Assembly: GCA_034667465.1 (NCBI GenBank)
Contig: JAXDJV010000013.1
Span: forward strand, 188,303-252,302
Origin: Acidobacteriota bacterium
GTDB taxonomy: Bacteria; Acidobacteriota; Thermoanaerobaculia; Gp7-AA8
Length of the DNA stretch: 64,000 nt
Direction: 5' to 3'
In this document: positions 38,363 to 50,700 of the stretch, piece by piece
Position numbering within the stretch: the first letter of the stretch is position 1
Layout of the letters: the number at the start of each line of letters is the position of its first letter
Program-made: the position numbers and the translations under genes
Notes under the pieces: model-generated
Databases searched by the model: none
What the model was told of the DNA's origin: nothing
What the model saw: the letters and a program-made list of their open reading frames with translations, nothing else

Positions 38363-38890
38363 ATGCGCGGGCAGATGTGGATGGCCGGGGTGGCGCTGGC
38401 AATGGCCGGATGCGCAACGTCAACGTCATCGGTCCGCCAGTGCGCGCAGCTCAGCGGACTTTACGAACCGTCGAGCTGCATTCAGGAAGAGCCGAAGCCG
38501 CTCACCGATCTGCAGCTTCCCGACGGCACGCCGCTCGCCGGCGTCAGATTCCTCACCGTCGAACAGACGTCGTGCAATGAAGTGCGCATCGTCTCCAAAG
38601 GCCGCGCCGACATCGTCCTCCGTCCGGACGACGACGATCACGTGACGTGGGACGACAACGGCGCGCTCGCCGGCGGTTCGGAGCCGAAGAACAGCTTCGT
38701 CCCGATCGCCGCCGCGATGCGCTCGTTCCGCGAGTGGCGACTCTCGCGCTCGAACGCCGGCACCGGACTCACCTACAGCGACGCGCGCGAAGAGCGCGGC
38801 ATGGCGCTGCTGCTGATCCCGTTCCGCAATCGCATCGCCGCGACGTGCGAGTGGATCCGCGTCGCCGCGTCGTCGCTCGTGCGGCCTTAG
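38363..38890 (+). CDS. Hypothetical lipoprotein
   Basis: 'MRGQMWMAGVALAMAGCATS' lipobox. Start chosen among in-frame ATGs at 38363, 38375 and 38381. Confidence 0.4.
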   Translation: MRGQMWMAGVALAMAGCATSTSSVRQCAQLSGLYEPSSCIQEEPKPLTDLQLPDGTPLAGVRFLTVEQTSCNEVRIVSKGRADIVLRPDDDDHVTWDDNGALAGGSEPKNSFVPIAAAMRSFREWRLSRSNAGTGLTYSDAREERGMALLLIPFRNRIAATCEWIRVAASSLVRP

Positions 38891-38892
38891 GA

Positions 38893-39000
38893 CCGCGGGC
38901 GTCCTCGCCCGCTGGACAGGCCGGCGTCTCGCCGGGCTTCAGGGGCGAGGCGAGGGCGAGACGCCCTCGCGTCCAGCGGGCGAAGACGCCCGCGGTCCAA
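38893..39000. repeat. Long GC-rich palindrome (about 28-nt arms, 27/28 paired) between convergent genes
   Basis: ggaccgcgggcgtcctcgcccgctggac ... gtccagcgggcgaagacgcccgcggtcc, with an internal sub-palindrome cgtctcgcc...ggcgagacg. Confidence 0.65.
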
Positions 39001-39005
39001 ACCCT

Positions 39006-40255
39006 CTACGTTGCGATCACGAACTCCGCGCCGCCGCCGGCGCGATTGCGCAACGCGTACGTGAATCCGTGGTTCGTCAGGATTTCCTGGACGATCGTCA
39101 GTCCGAGCCCGCGGCCTTCGCGCTTCGTCGTGAAGAACGGCGTGAAGAGATCGGGGACCACTTCGCCGGCGATGCCGGAACCGCTGTCGGCAACGATCAG
39201 CGTCCCGTCGCGCAGCGTGATGTCGATCGCACCATCGCCGTCAATCGCGTCGATGGCATTGCGGAGGATGTTGACGACGACCTGCTCGAACTGATGCTCG
39301 TCGACGCCGGCGATGCTTTCGTCGGCGTCGACCGCGATCGTGATACCGCGCGACTCCGCTTCCGGCCGCATCAGCGCCGCGATGCGCGCCACGACGGCGT
39401 CGAGCCGGATCGGCACGCGATGCGGCAGCGGAATGCGGACGACGTCGGCGAAGGCGCTCATGAATCGATTCAGCGCGTCGATCCGCGACGAGGCGATGGT
39501 CAATGCGTTGACGAAATCGCTGCGATCGCTTTCGCCGACCTGCGGCGCGTAGCGCAGCGACGAATCGATCAGCGAGCGAACCGCCCCGACAGAGTTGTTC
39601 ACTTCGTGCGACATCATCCGAATCAGCTTTTCGTACGCGGCTTTTTCCGAGAGCCGCAGCTCGTCGGTCATCTCATCGATCAGAAAGAACGTCTTCGAGA
39701 AGCCGCGGTCACGAAACTCGGCGCGCCAGATTTTCAAACGCCGCGGTCCGGCCTGCGTGACGAGCCGTGATTCTCCCGGCGCGAGCGATTTCAGCTCGGT
39801 CATCAGCTCCGGCGTCATCAGCGTTTTCGCTGCCGGATTGAGCTCGGCTGCTTTTCCGTCGAAGTCGCAGATGACGATTCCGGATGGCGACGATTCGACG
39901 ACGCGCGCGAAGAAGTGATGCTGCTCTTCGACTTTCAGCCGCTCTTCGCGCAGCCGATCGATCATGCCGTTGTAGACGCCGATGAGGTCGTCCATCTCCG
40001 GCTGTCCGACCGGTACGAAACGCGAGGTGAAGTCGCGCTCCGCGATCAACTCCGCGCCGGTGCGAATCAAATCGAACGGGACGAAGAGCGCGACGACGAG
40101 CCGATAGCTGACGACGATCGAGATGATGAAGAGCGCTTCGACGCCGAACAGCAGCAGGCGGTTCTCAAGCAGGACGAAGAGCGCCGCCGTGGCGACGACG
40201 AGATGGAGCGCAATGAAGTAGATGGCGATCTTGCCACGTAGCGTAAGCAGCGGCC

Positions 40256-40259
<4 letters not shown>
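39006..40259 (-). CDS. Sensor histidine kinase (NtrY/NtrB-like partner of the sigma54 regulator)
   Basis: GTG start overlapping the regulator stop (GTGA) with a GGGGGAG Shine-Dalgarno. Two N-terminal TM helices. H-box 'MSHEVNNSVGAV'. HATPase 'DSGSGI...GRGLGL'. Confidence 0.8.
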
Positions 40260-41632
<1,373 letters not shown>

Positions 41633-41636
41633 AAAA

Positions 41637-41730
41637 TCAGTGCAGAGTGCTGAGTGCTGAGTGCTGAGTCGAAAAGCCTTCGTGCCGGCCGGTTTGACTC
41701 AGCACTCTGCACTCAGCACTCAGCACTTTC
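41637..41730. repeat. REP-like palindromic element, copy C
   Basis: agtgcagagtgctgagtgctgagtgctgagtcg ... gactcagcactctgcactcagcactcagcact, between the FtsX permease stop and the regulator start. Confidence 0.7.
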
Positions 41731-42925
41731 ATTCGTACCTGAGCGCCTCCGCCGGTTCCACCACCGACGCCAGCCAACTCGGATATGCGGCGCAAAGTAG
41801 CGTGATCGCGTAGATCAGAACAAGCGATGCGATCAGTCCGAACGTGAACGTGGCCGGCGAGACGAGCGCGAAGACGCCGAGGATCGGGAGCTGGAGCACG
41901 ATCACGACACCGATCGATACGGCCAGCGTCGACAACAACGCCACCTCGGCCAACACCTGGTGGCGCACGTCCGCGCCGCTCGCGCCTAGCGCGCGACGCA
42001 GGCCGAGCTCGCGCGTCCGCCGCGTGACGTTCTGCCACAACACGCCGGTCAGTCCGAGCGCGACCATCGAGATCAGGAAGAGCGCGACGATGCCGAGGAT
42101 GATGATCGGCGACACGCGCGACTGCAGCATCATCGTGCGCATCGAATCCATTCGGCGGATGCGAAACGACGCGCTCGGCTCCACGGCGTGCAGCCGCTTC
42201 GTCATCTCCTCTTCGATCTGCGCCGGAGTGCCGGGCTGCATCCGCACGAGGATGTTGCGCGGCACGCGCCCCTTGCTCGCGAATGACACGCGCGCGAACG
42301 CCATGTTCACGCCTGCGGTCGAGATCTCGCCGTTCTTGCGATACGGCGGCACGACGCCGACCACGCGCCAGACGACGTCGCCGTCGCTGTCGAACTTCTG
42401 TCCGATCGGGTCGCGATCGCCGTACATCGCCTTCGCCAGATCGGCGTCGATGACCATCGGCTTGAACGTCGCCGCATCATCATCAGGACGGAACCAGCGC
42501 CCGCGCACGACTTTCATTCTCATCGTGTTCGCGTAGGAGTCGGTGACTTCGTCGCGCGTCAGATCGATTTTCTTTCCGTCGATCTTCCAGCTGCCGGACG
42601 ACGTCGAGTTGCCGTACGGCGGCGTCATGCCTGCGGCCGCATCGACGACCTGCGGGAAGCTCTTCACTTCGTTCAACAGCTTCTGCATCGTGAAACGGAA
42701 CTCGCCGTCGTCTTCATTCGGATCGGGATCGTGTCCGTTCGTGTCGAAGCGGATGACCCAGACGTTCTGCCACTCGAACCCGAGTGGATCATTCCAGCGC
42801 GAAACAACGGTTGCGCCGGCAGTCAGCACGGTGAAGAGGACGAGGAAGGAGAAGAAGATCTCGGCCATCACGAGCGAGTTCGCACGCTTGCGATGCCAGA
42901 CCAGTTTCAGCAGATGAAGCGTCAT
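41729..42925 (-). CDS. ABC transporter permease (FtsX/MacB-like)
   Basis: ATG overlaps the upstream permease stop (ATGA) with a GGAGG Shine-Dalgarno. N-terminal TM, large periplasmic domain, C-terminal FtsX 4-TM bundle. Confidence 0.8.
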   Translation of the reverse strand: MTLHLLKLVWHRKRANSLVMAEIFFSFLVLFTVLTAGATVVSRWNDPLGFEWQNVWVIRFDTNGHDPDPNEDDGEFRFTMQKLLNEVKSFPQVVDAAAGMTPPYGNSTSSGSWKIDGKKIDLTRDEVTDSYANTMRMKVVRGRWFRPDDDAATFKPMVIDADLAKAMYGDRDPIGQKFDSDGDVVWRVVGVVPPYRKNGEISTAGVNMAFARVSFASKGRVPRNILVRMQPGTPAQIEEEMTKRLHAVEPSASFRIRRMDSMRTMMLQSRVSPIIILGIVALFLISMVALGLTGVLWQNVTRRTRELGLRRALGASGADVRHQVLAEVALLSTLAVSIGVVIVLQLPILGVFALVSPATFTFGLIASLVLIYAITLLCAAYPSWLASVVEPAEALRYE

Positions 42926-44163
42926 TGCACACCTCCGCGAAGAGCGTTGACGGGATTGAGGCGCGCCATGCGCCACGCGGGATAGACGCCGGAGAAGATG
43001 CCGAAGAAGACGGCGATGAGCATGCCGTAGCCGAAGATGCGCGGGTTGAGATCGAAGCGCATGTCGGGAAGCAGATCGGCCGCGTTCAGCACCTGAATGG
43101 CGATCGCGGCGAGCACGAAGCCGATCAGACCGCCGACGACGGTGATGACGATGTTCTCGAAGACGAACTGCGACATGAGCGCGCGGCGCGGCGCGCCGAA
43201 CGCTTTGCGCACGCCGATCTCCGACGCCCGCTCGAGTGTGCGGCTGAGGTTCAGCGTGATGAGGTTCAGCGCCGGCAGCGTCATGAACAGAATGCCGGCG
43301 AGCACGAGGATGAGCGCGAGAAAGAACGGCGCGCGATCGCGAAAGCGCGTACCGGCGAACATGCCGCGCGCCGACGCTTCGAACGTCGTGTCAAGTCCTG
43401 CCTGCACCTGCGTGAACGTTTTCGGATCGGGAGACTGCACTCGCTGCATCACCGCCGCGAAGTCACGTTTGACGCGAGGCAGATCGCCGCGGCTCTTCGC
43501 CATGACGATGGCGTTGAAGTCGCCGGTGAACTCGTCGCGATACGTCGACGAGCGCATCGTGCCGATCGGCGCCCAGATCTCCGCGTATGCGGCGATGCGC
43601 GTCAGCGCGACCGACGGCACGACGCCGATGATGCGGAAGCGATCGCCTTCGACCTCGATCGTTTTGCCGACCGCGAGCGCCTTGCCGAACAGCTTCTCGC
43701 GCAGCTTGTCGCTGATGACGGCGACGTGCGCGCCGGCGTCGTCTTCCTGCTGCGTGTACGGTCGTCCTTCGAGAAAGGTGAAGTCGCAGATGCGCCAGAA
43801 GCTGCCGTCGGTGCGTTTGAAGAACGTGTCGATGCGTCCGTCGCCCAGGTAGAGACGCGTCTGCCGCGCTTCGCTGTAGATCGAGGACGCTTCGATGCCG
43901 GGCAGCGGACGGACGTAGCGGTTGAGAAAACCGTAGCCGGGATTCGTCGTCATCGTGGCGGTCGGTCCGATCTGCGCCATCGAGAGAATGCAGAGCACGC
44001 GGTCGAACCGTCCCTCCGGCGTGCGCGGCGAGTAGACGTTGTCGAGCACCGCCGTCGCCACCATCAGCACGAGCAGCGTGACGCTGATGCCGAAGAGCGA
44101 GATGAAGGTGAAGAACTTGCGCCGCGCAAGAACCTTCAGTGCGAGTTTGAGTTGAGTTTTCAC
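42922..44163 (-). CDS. ABC transporter permease (FtsX/MacB-like), paralog
   Basis: 'MKTQLKLALKVLARRKFFTFISLFGISVTLLVL' FtsX topology. Confidence 0.8.
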   Translation of the reverse strand: MKTQLKLALKVLARRKFFTFISLFGISVTLLVLMVATAVLDNVYSPRTPEGRFDRVLCILSMAQIGPTATMTTNPGYGFLNRYVRPLPGIEASSIYSEARQTRLYLGDGRIDTFFKRTDGSFWRICDFTFLEGRPYTQQEDDAGAHVAVISDKLREKLFGKALAVGKTIEVEGDRFRIIGVVPSVALTRIAAYAEIWAPIGTMRSSTYRDEFTGDFNAIVMAKSRGDLPRVKRDFAAVMQRVQSPDPKTFTQVQAGLDTTFEASARGMFAGTRFRDRAPFFLALILVLAGILFMTLPALNLITLNLSRTLERASEIGVRKAFGAPRRALMSQFVFENIVITVVGGLIGFVLAAIAIQVLNAADLLPDMRFDLNPRIFGYGMLIAVFFGIFSGVYPAWRMARLNPVNALRGGVQ

Positions 44164-44829
44164 CTAAGCCACCTGCCGCCCGTCGAACAGACGCACGATC
44201 CGGTTCGTCTGCTTCGCGAAGCGGTCGTCGTGCGTGACCATCACGATCGTCGTCTTGTCGTCGCGGTTGAGCGCGTGGAGGATCTCCATGATCTCGTCGC
44301 CCATCTGCGAATCGAGGTTGCCGGTCGGCTCATCGGCGAGCAGCACGCGCGGACGTCCGACGATCGCGCGAGCGATGGCGACGCGCTGCTGCTGACCGCC
44401 GGAGAGTTGCGTCGGAAAGTGATGCACGCGCGACGCGAGTCCGACGCGATCGAGTGCCGCAAGCGCCAGCCGCCGGCGCTCCGCCGATCCCATCTTTCGA
44501 TACAGCAGCGGGATCTCGACGTTGTCGACGACCGTCAGATCGGGCACGAGGTGGAAGCTCTGAAAGACGAATCCGAGCTTCTCGTTGCGCACCTTCGAGA
44601 GTTTTTTGTCACCCGATTTTCCGAGCGCTTCACCGTCGAGCGCCAGCGTGCCGGAGCTCGGCGCGTCGAGCAGTCCGATCAGATTGAGCAGCGTGCTTTT
44701 GCCGCAGCCCGACGGCCCCATGATCGAGATGAACTCGCCCTGCGTGACGTCGAGATTGATGTTCTGCAGCGCCAGCGTTTCGACGCGTTCGGTCCGGTAC
44801 ACCTTGTCTACGTTTTCCAGTCTGATCAT
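44164..44829 (-). CDS. ABC transporter ATP-binding protein (MacB/LolD-type)
   Basis: Walker A 'GPSGCGKST'. Signature 'LSGGQQQRVAIARA'. Walker B 'LLADEPTGNLD'. H-loop. Confidence 0.9.
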   Translation of the reverse strand: MIRLENVDKVYRTERVETLALQNINLDVTQGEFISIMGPSGCGKSTLLNLIGLLDAPSSGTLALDGEALGKSGDKKLSKVRNEKLGFVFQSFHLVPDLTVVDNVEIPLLYRKMGSAERRRLALAALDRVGLASRVHHFPTQLSGGQQQRVAIARAIVGRPRVLLADEPTGNLDSQMGDEIMEILHALNRDDKTTIVMVTHDDRFAKQTNRIVRLFDGRQVA

Positions 44830-44836
44830 GCTTTCC

Positions 44837-46081
44837 TCACTCGAGCCGGAGCTTCTTCACTCCGGCGTAATCGTTCATGTTCGAGATGACGACCTCGTCG
44901 CCTTCGCGGAGGCCGCCCGTTACTTCAATCGTTTCTTCACCCGCCAGTCCCCACTGCGCCGGGACGCGAACGAGCTCGTCGCCGCGGACGACAAAGACCT
45001 CTTCGCGCTCGCCCTGTCCGAGCGCGCCGCGGCGAACGCGAAGCGCGCCGTTGCGGCGGCCGGTGACGACGAAGACGTCGACGCGCAGGTTGTTGCGCAG
45101 CTTCGCGTGCGACGGTTGCGCGAGATCGACGTAAAACCGCGCCGTCCCGTTCTCGATGCGCGGATCGATGCCGGCGATGGTGCCGTCGACGAGCGTCGAG
45201 TCGTCGAGACGAACGCGCGCCGGCATCCCGGCGGAGAGCTTCGCGACGTGCACGTCGGAGATCGTCGCCACCACCCGAAACGACGAGAGGTCGGCAATGC
45301 GCGCCACCACATCTCCGCGGCGGATCGTGGCGCCGGCGTCCTGCACCGCCCACGTCACGACGCCATCGCGATCGGCGCGCATCATCGCGAGCCCAACCTG
45401 GCGGTTGGACTCGGCCATCTCTTTGCGCAGCGTCCGCAGTTCCATCGCCGAGCCGGCGAGCTGCGCTTCGGCATTGCGTTGCGCACGCGTCAGCGCGTCA
45501 TGAAGCTGCGTCAGCTCGATGTCGGTCTTCTTCACCGCGGTCGCGGCGGCGAGATTTTCCTGCGTGGTGATCAGCCCTTCGCGGCTGAGCTTCGCGTTCT
45601 GTTCCGCTTTGAAAGCGACGATCTCGCGGTCGAGTTTCTTCTGTTCGATCTGCGCGCGCAGCGTCGCGATCGTCTCTTCGACGCGCAGCCGCAGCTGTGC
45701 TTCTTCGCTTTCTTTCTGCGCGACGCGATCGGCGAGCCGCTCGGCATCGAGTCGCGTCGCCGATGTGTCGAGCGCGATCACTTCATCACCGGCGCGAACG
45801 CGATCGCCGGCGCGGCGGACGATGCGCAATACTCGCGCTTCGACCGGACTCGAGACGACCTGCTCGGTCGCTGGCACGACGGTGCCGCTCGCCTGCAGCG
45901 ACGCGTCAACCGCGCCACGCTCGACGCGCGCCGTCTGAATGTTGCGGCGCTTCACCGACGGACGCAGCCACTGCACTGTCGCCGCGAATGAAAACGCGAT
46001 TGCCGCAATTGCGACGATCACCGTCGCCACGCGCCGGATGAGGCGCCGGCGCCGAATGTCTGCTGTGATTTCCCGATCCAT
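44837..46081 (-). CDS. HlyD/MacA-family periplasmic adaptor (efflux membrane fusion protein)
   Basis: N-terminal TM, long coiled-coil, C-terminal beta-barrel/MP domains ('RVRLDDSTLVDGTI'). Confidence 0.8.
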   Translation of the reverse strand: MDREITADIRRRRLIRRVATVIVAIAAIAFSFAATVQWLRPSVKRRNIQTARVERGAVDASLQASGTVVPATEQVVSSPVEARVLRIVRRAGDRVRAGDEVIALDTSATRLDAERLADRVAQKESEEAQLRLRVEETIATLRAQIEQKKLDREIVAFKAEQNAKLSREGLITTQENLAAATAVKKTDIELTQLHDALTRAQRNAEAQLAGSAMELRTLRKEMAESNRQVGLAMMRADRDGVVTWAVQDAGATIRRGDVVARIADLSSFRVVATISDVHVAKLSAGMPARVRLDDSTLVDGTIAGIDPRIENGTARFYVDLAQPSHAKLRNNLRVDVFVVTGRRNGALRVRRGALGQGEREEVFVVRGDELVRVPAQWGLAGEETIEVTGGLREGDEVVISNMNDYAGVKKLRLE

Positions 46082-46215
46082 GCTGAGCGCCGTTCACAGC
46101 GAACGGGCTGCCAGCTTATCTGTACGTATTTTCCATGACTTACGTTGATGCCGGTGTGCGCGACTGAACGCTCCTGTTCGGAAATGAACAGTCGTCGCAC
46201 TACACTGCACCGATC

Positions 46216-47685
46216 ATGAGCGCAATCAGCACATACCCTGACGTCCGCAACTACATCGGTGGAGCATTCGTCGATCCCGGCGAACAGAAACACCTCGATG
46301 TTTTCTCCCCGATCGACGGCCGCGTGATCTCACGCGTTCCACTCTCCGCCTCCGAAGAAGTCGACCGCGCGGTGGCCGCGGCGAAGAAAGCCTTTCCCGC
46401 CTGGTCGGCGACGCCGATCAAGGAGCGCGTGCAGGTGTTCTTCCGCTACAAGACGCTGCTCGAGCAGAACATCGACGAGCTCGCGCGCATCGTCACCGAG
46501 GAGAACGGGAAGATCGACAGCGAAGCGCGCGCCGAGGTGTTGAAGTCGGCGGAGCTGACGGAGTTCGCCTGCTCGCTGCCGCAAATCACCGCCGGCGAAG
46601 TGCTCGAAGTGAGCCGCGGCGTCGAATGCCGCATCGAGCGTTATCCGGTCGGCATCGTGGCGTCGATTACGCCGTTCAACTTCCCGAACATGGTTCCGAA
46701 CTGGACGATCCCGAATGCGCTGGCACTCGGAAACTGCATGATCCTCAAACCGTCCGAGCTCGTGCCGATCAGCGCCGGCCGCATCGCCGAGCTGTTGCGC
46801 GAAGCAGGTCTGCCCGACGGCGTGCTGAACATCGTGCACGGCGGACAGCAGACGGTCGAAGCGATCTGCGATCACCCCGATATCGAAGCGATCACGTTCG
46901 TCGGCTCGACCAAAGTCGCGAAGATCGTCTATCGGCGCGGCACGCAGAATCTGAAGCGCGTCCTCGCACTCGGCGGCGCGAAGAATCACCTCATCGTGAT
47001 GCCGGACGCGGAGCCGGAGATGACGTCATCGAACGTGGTCGCGTCGATGTCCGGCTGCGCCGGTCAGCGTTGCATGGCTGCGTCAGTAATGATGGCGGTC
47101 GGCAAAACCGATCACATCATCGACAAGATGGTGAACATCGTGCGCGCGATGGTTCCCGGCAAGCATCTCGGTCCCGTGATCTCGCGCGCGGCGAAGGAAA
47201 AAATCGAGGCGTACATCACCGAAGCGGAGCAGCAGGGGGCGAAGGTGCTGGTCGATGGACGCGGATACGTGGTCCCGGGCAAGGAAGAGGGTTACTACGT
47301 CGGCCCGACGCTGATCGATCACGTGAAGCCGGAGATGCGCATCGCGCAGGAAGAGGTGTTCGGTCCGGTGATGGTGATCATTCGCGCGGACAACGTCGAT
47401 GAAGCGATCCGCGTGCAAAACAAATCGCCATACGGAAACGCGGCCAGCGTCTTCACGGAGAGCGGCGGCATTGCCCGTCACGTGATGGAGAAGGCCAGCG
47501 CGGGAATGGTCGGCGTGAACGTCGGCGTCCCGGTGCCGCGCGAGCCGTTTTCATTCGGCGGCTGGAACGACTCGAAGTTCGGCGCCGGCGACATCACCGG
47601 CCGCGGCTCGATCGAGTTCCTGACGAAGCCAAAGAAGATGACGACGAAGTGGTCGAAGGAAGCCGGCACGAACTGGATGTCGTAG
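46216..47685 (+). CDS. mmsA: Methylmalonate-semialdehyde dehydrogenase (CoA-acylating), aldehyde dehydrogenase family
   Basis: N-terminus 'NYIGGAFVDPGEQKHLDVFSPIDGRVISRVPLSASEEV' is colinear with MmsA. Catalytic Cys in 'GCAGQRCMAAS'. 'ITPFNFP'. Confidence 0.85.
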   Translation: MSAISTYPDVRNYIGGAFVDPGEQKHLDVFSPIDGRVISRVPLSASEEVDRAVAAAKKAFPAWSATPIKERVQVFFRYKTLLEQNIDELARIVTEENGKIDSEARAEVLKSAELTEFACSLPQITAGEVLEVSRGVECRIERYPVGIVASITPFNFPNMVPNWTIPNALALGNCMILKPSELVPISAGRIAELLREAGLPDGVLNIVHGGQQTVEAICDHPDIEAITFVGSTKVAKIVYRRGTQNLKRVLALGGAKNHLIVMPDAEPEMTSSNVVASMSGCAGQRCMAASVMMAVGKTDHIIDKMVNIVRAMVPGKHLGPVISRAAKEKIEAYITEAEQQGAKVLVDGRGYVVPGKEEGYYVGPTLIDHVKPEMRIAQEEVFGPVMVIIRADNVDEAIRVQNKSPYGNAASVFTESGGIARHVMEKASAGMVGVNVGVPVPREPFSFGGWNDSKFGAGDITGRGSIEFLTKPKKMTTKWSKEAGTNWMS

Positions 47686-47703
47686 GAGTGACGGAGCGCG
47701 GCG

Positions 47704-50700
47704 CTACAAGCCGCGCTCCATCACGATTTCTTTCGAACTGCCGCCGTCGACCTGACGGAATCCCGCCTGGCGATAGAGCTGCGTCAGATTGTTGATCTCC
47801 TTCCGCCGTGACGGCAGATCGTCGATCTTCACGCGCGCCGGTCCGGTGAGCAGTTCGAGAATGTTGTTGCCGATGCGTGCGCCCCAGAAGCTCGGCGGCA
47901 CGAAGAGGTCACCATCTTTCCACTCCAGCACCGTCCCGTTTTTCTGCGCGAACAGTAGACCGACGCTGACGGTTCGATTCTCCACGGTGATCTCGTAGCT
48001 GCGGATGTCCGCGGCCGAATCGAGTGCGGCCGCCTTGCCGGGATACATCGCCTTCCATAGTTCGAACGCAACTCCCGCGCGGGTCGTGAGGGGGACGAGT
48101 TGCGCGCCGAGACGTTTCTTGTTTCGCGTCGACGACAGATCGAAGCGCTGTTCGATGAAGCGCACCATCTGCGGGTTGTACATCGGCGCAAAGAAGGGCC
48201 AGAGCTCGCGGAAAGCCTGCGTCGTCGTCCAGCGACCAAACTCGTTGAGCCAGCCGAGGTTCAGCGGATGCGTCGAGTAGCGTTCCATCTGACAGCCGAT
48301 GTAGACGTCTTCCATCAGCTGGATGACCTGCGTGAAGAGCGGAACGACATGCGCGAATTTTTCCGGCGTCAGTTTGTGTGTCAGCGGCGGCGTGTCCGCA
48401 TCCCACTTCAACTCCGGGAAGAGGTCGCGAACGAGTGACTCATCGGCATCGATGAGCTGCCGCTGCAATTGCTCGAGCTGGTTCGTGCGTCCGAGGAGTT
48501 GCGCTTCGAGATCGGCGGGAACCGGGAGCCACTTCCAGCGGGCATCGCCGAAAAGCTCGCTCGTGTCAGTCTCGGCGGCGCCGGCATCAGCGACGAATTC
48601 GAATGCGGCGCGTGCCGCATGCAGGCCGAGGCGACGATATGACTCCCACTGCTTCTCGTCGTAAAACTGATCGCCCGTCGATTCGTGCGGGAACTGCTCG
48701 TTGCGCGCTCGGTACTGCAGGATGTCGCCCGGCTCGTCGCCGACGAGCGTTGGCTTGAATAGCAGCAGAATGCCGCGATCGCCGTCCGGGTATTGGATGT
48801 CGCCGACCGCGAGGTGCTGCCGCGAGTAGCGTTTATCGTCCGGCTTGAGTACGCCGAGATCCATCTCGATCTCGACGCCGAAGTCCTCGCGTGCGCGGCG
48901 CAGCGCGTTGCCGACGTCGTCGAATGCGACGTCGGGATCGGCGCCGCAATCAGAGACGATGATGTACTTGCAGCGACGGCGCAGCAGTTCGTAGAGACCG
49001 AGGTTTTCGAAGTGGCCGCCGTCAGACAGATGCACCGACTGCGATTCGGGACCGGAGTAGGTGCGACTGAACATTTCCGCGAGGAGATCGGTGCCGGGCA
49101 GGCTCCACGCTTTCGTAAAGCGGTACCAGTAGCCGAGACGGAGATTCAGCGATGCCATCAGGAACGTCGCCGAGGGACCGATGTCCATTGAAACGGAACC
49201 CATGTTCGAGTTGAACGCTGCCGCCGATGCGGTCATCGCCGAAGCTAGCGAGACCTGAGTCGTCGCGTCTTTCCATTGCTGAAAGCGGTTCGCCAGCGTG
49301 ATTCCGAACGGCGACAACGTTGCGCTGCGGCCACCGCGGCTGAGGTTCGCGAGGTGATTGCCGGAGAGGTCGTTCGCCGTGCAGCAGACAAGATGAATCG
49401 GCGCCGAGGTCCTGAGATCCTGCATCAGGATGTCGTCGCCTGGCCGTTGTGTTGACTGCCGATTTTCGGTGGCGCAGCTCGCCTTTGTATTCGATGCGCC
49501 GAGGTAGGAACGCGCCAGCCGCGAGCGATAGAGCGCGTGCATCCCGATCTCGTTCGGGTTGTACAGCAGCAGCGCCATGACGACGATCGCGGCCGCGATC
49601 ATGGCTGAGATGAATGACCGGTAGCTGAGATCCGTGAATACCAGGAATGCCGCGGCGAGCGCGAATGCGATGAGCGCCGCGATCGCGAGCAACGGCTGCG
49701 CATACCGCTGCAGCACCTTGCCGACGAATCCTGTTTTCGCGCGGTTCGGCTGACGCGACAGAAACTTCTGGAGAACCGCGTAGAGCGCCGTCGCGACGCC
49801 ACCTGCGCCGGCGGTCACGAACTCCCGCTTCGTGTAACCGAACAGCATGAACGCGACGATCAGAAACGCGATCATGCCCATCCAGAACACGGAGAGACCG
49901 AGCAGCCTTGCGATGACACGATCGAACGCCGCGCGATAGGAACCGATCGTCGGATCGGAGATGAAAACTGAAGACCACGTCCGGACAAAGATGAGGGCGA
50001 CCATCGCGGCCAGCCAGCCAATCGCGGGCGCGAGAAAAGTCGGCCACCTCATCTCGGGACCTGGAAACTCTCCGAAATCCGCCACCCCATGCTTTCCGGC
50101 GACGTATCCGGTGACGCTGAGCGCCACGGCGATCGCGATCGCGCCGGCAGTCGCATACAGCCAGAGGTAATAAGGCTCGCCGCCATGGCGTTCCACGGCC
50201 GCCGTCTTCAACTCGTACGCCGTCAATACAAAGATCGTCGAGATCGCCATGATTGCGAGCATGGCCTGCACGTGAAGCGCCGCCCCCACGGAAATGATTG
50301 CGGGAAGCGGCAGCGCGGAGTTGAAGCCGAGGCTCGCGCCACTCACCACGACGGCGAACCAAACTACGAGCGTGAGCACCGAGAGGCCGACGATGATCGT
50401 CGGGAGGATCGCGGAGATGGCGCCGCCGAAAAACTGCCACGTTTCGAGCTCGAAGAGTCCCCACCGCGGCGCGAGAAATCGACTGAACTCTCGAAGGTGA
50501 CGAATCGCTTCGTGTTCGGATCGCGCCGCTTCCGCGTCGGCCGCGGTCGGGAAGGGCACCGGTCCGGGGCGGCCTTCCGACGTCGTCGCAGGTTCCGGGT
50601 GACGCGCGCGCCACGCACTCCAGAAGCCGCCAACATAGCCGCCGCCTGACACGGTGCTGACGTAATGAAAATGCCGAAGCACGTCGCGATCAGCGAGTCC

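Noticed and set aside
46082-46215. Inverted repeats (ccgttcACAGcgaacgg and ctgttcGGAAATgaacag) upstream of mmsA
   Set aside because: These are plausible operator sites for a local regulator. No regulator gene is adjacent and I cannot assign a family, so they were noted only.
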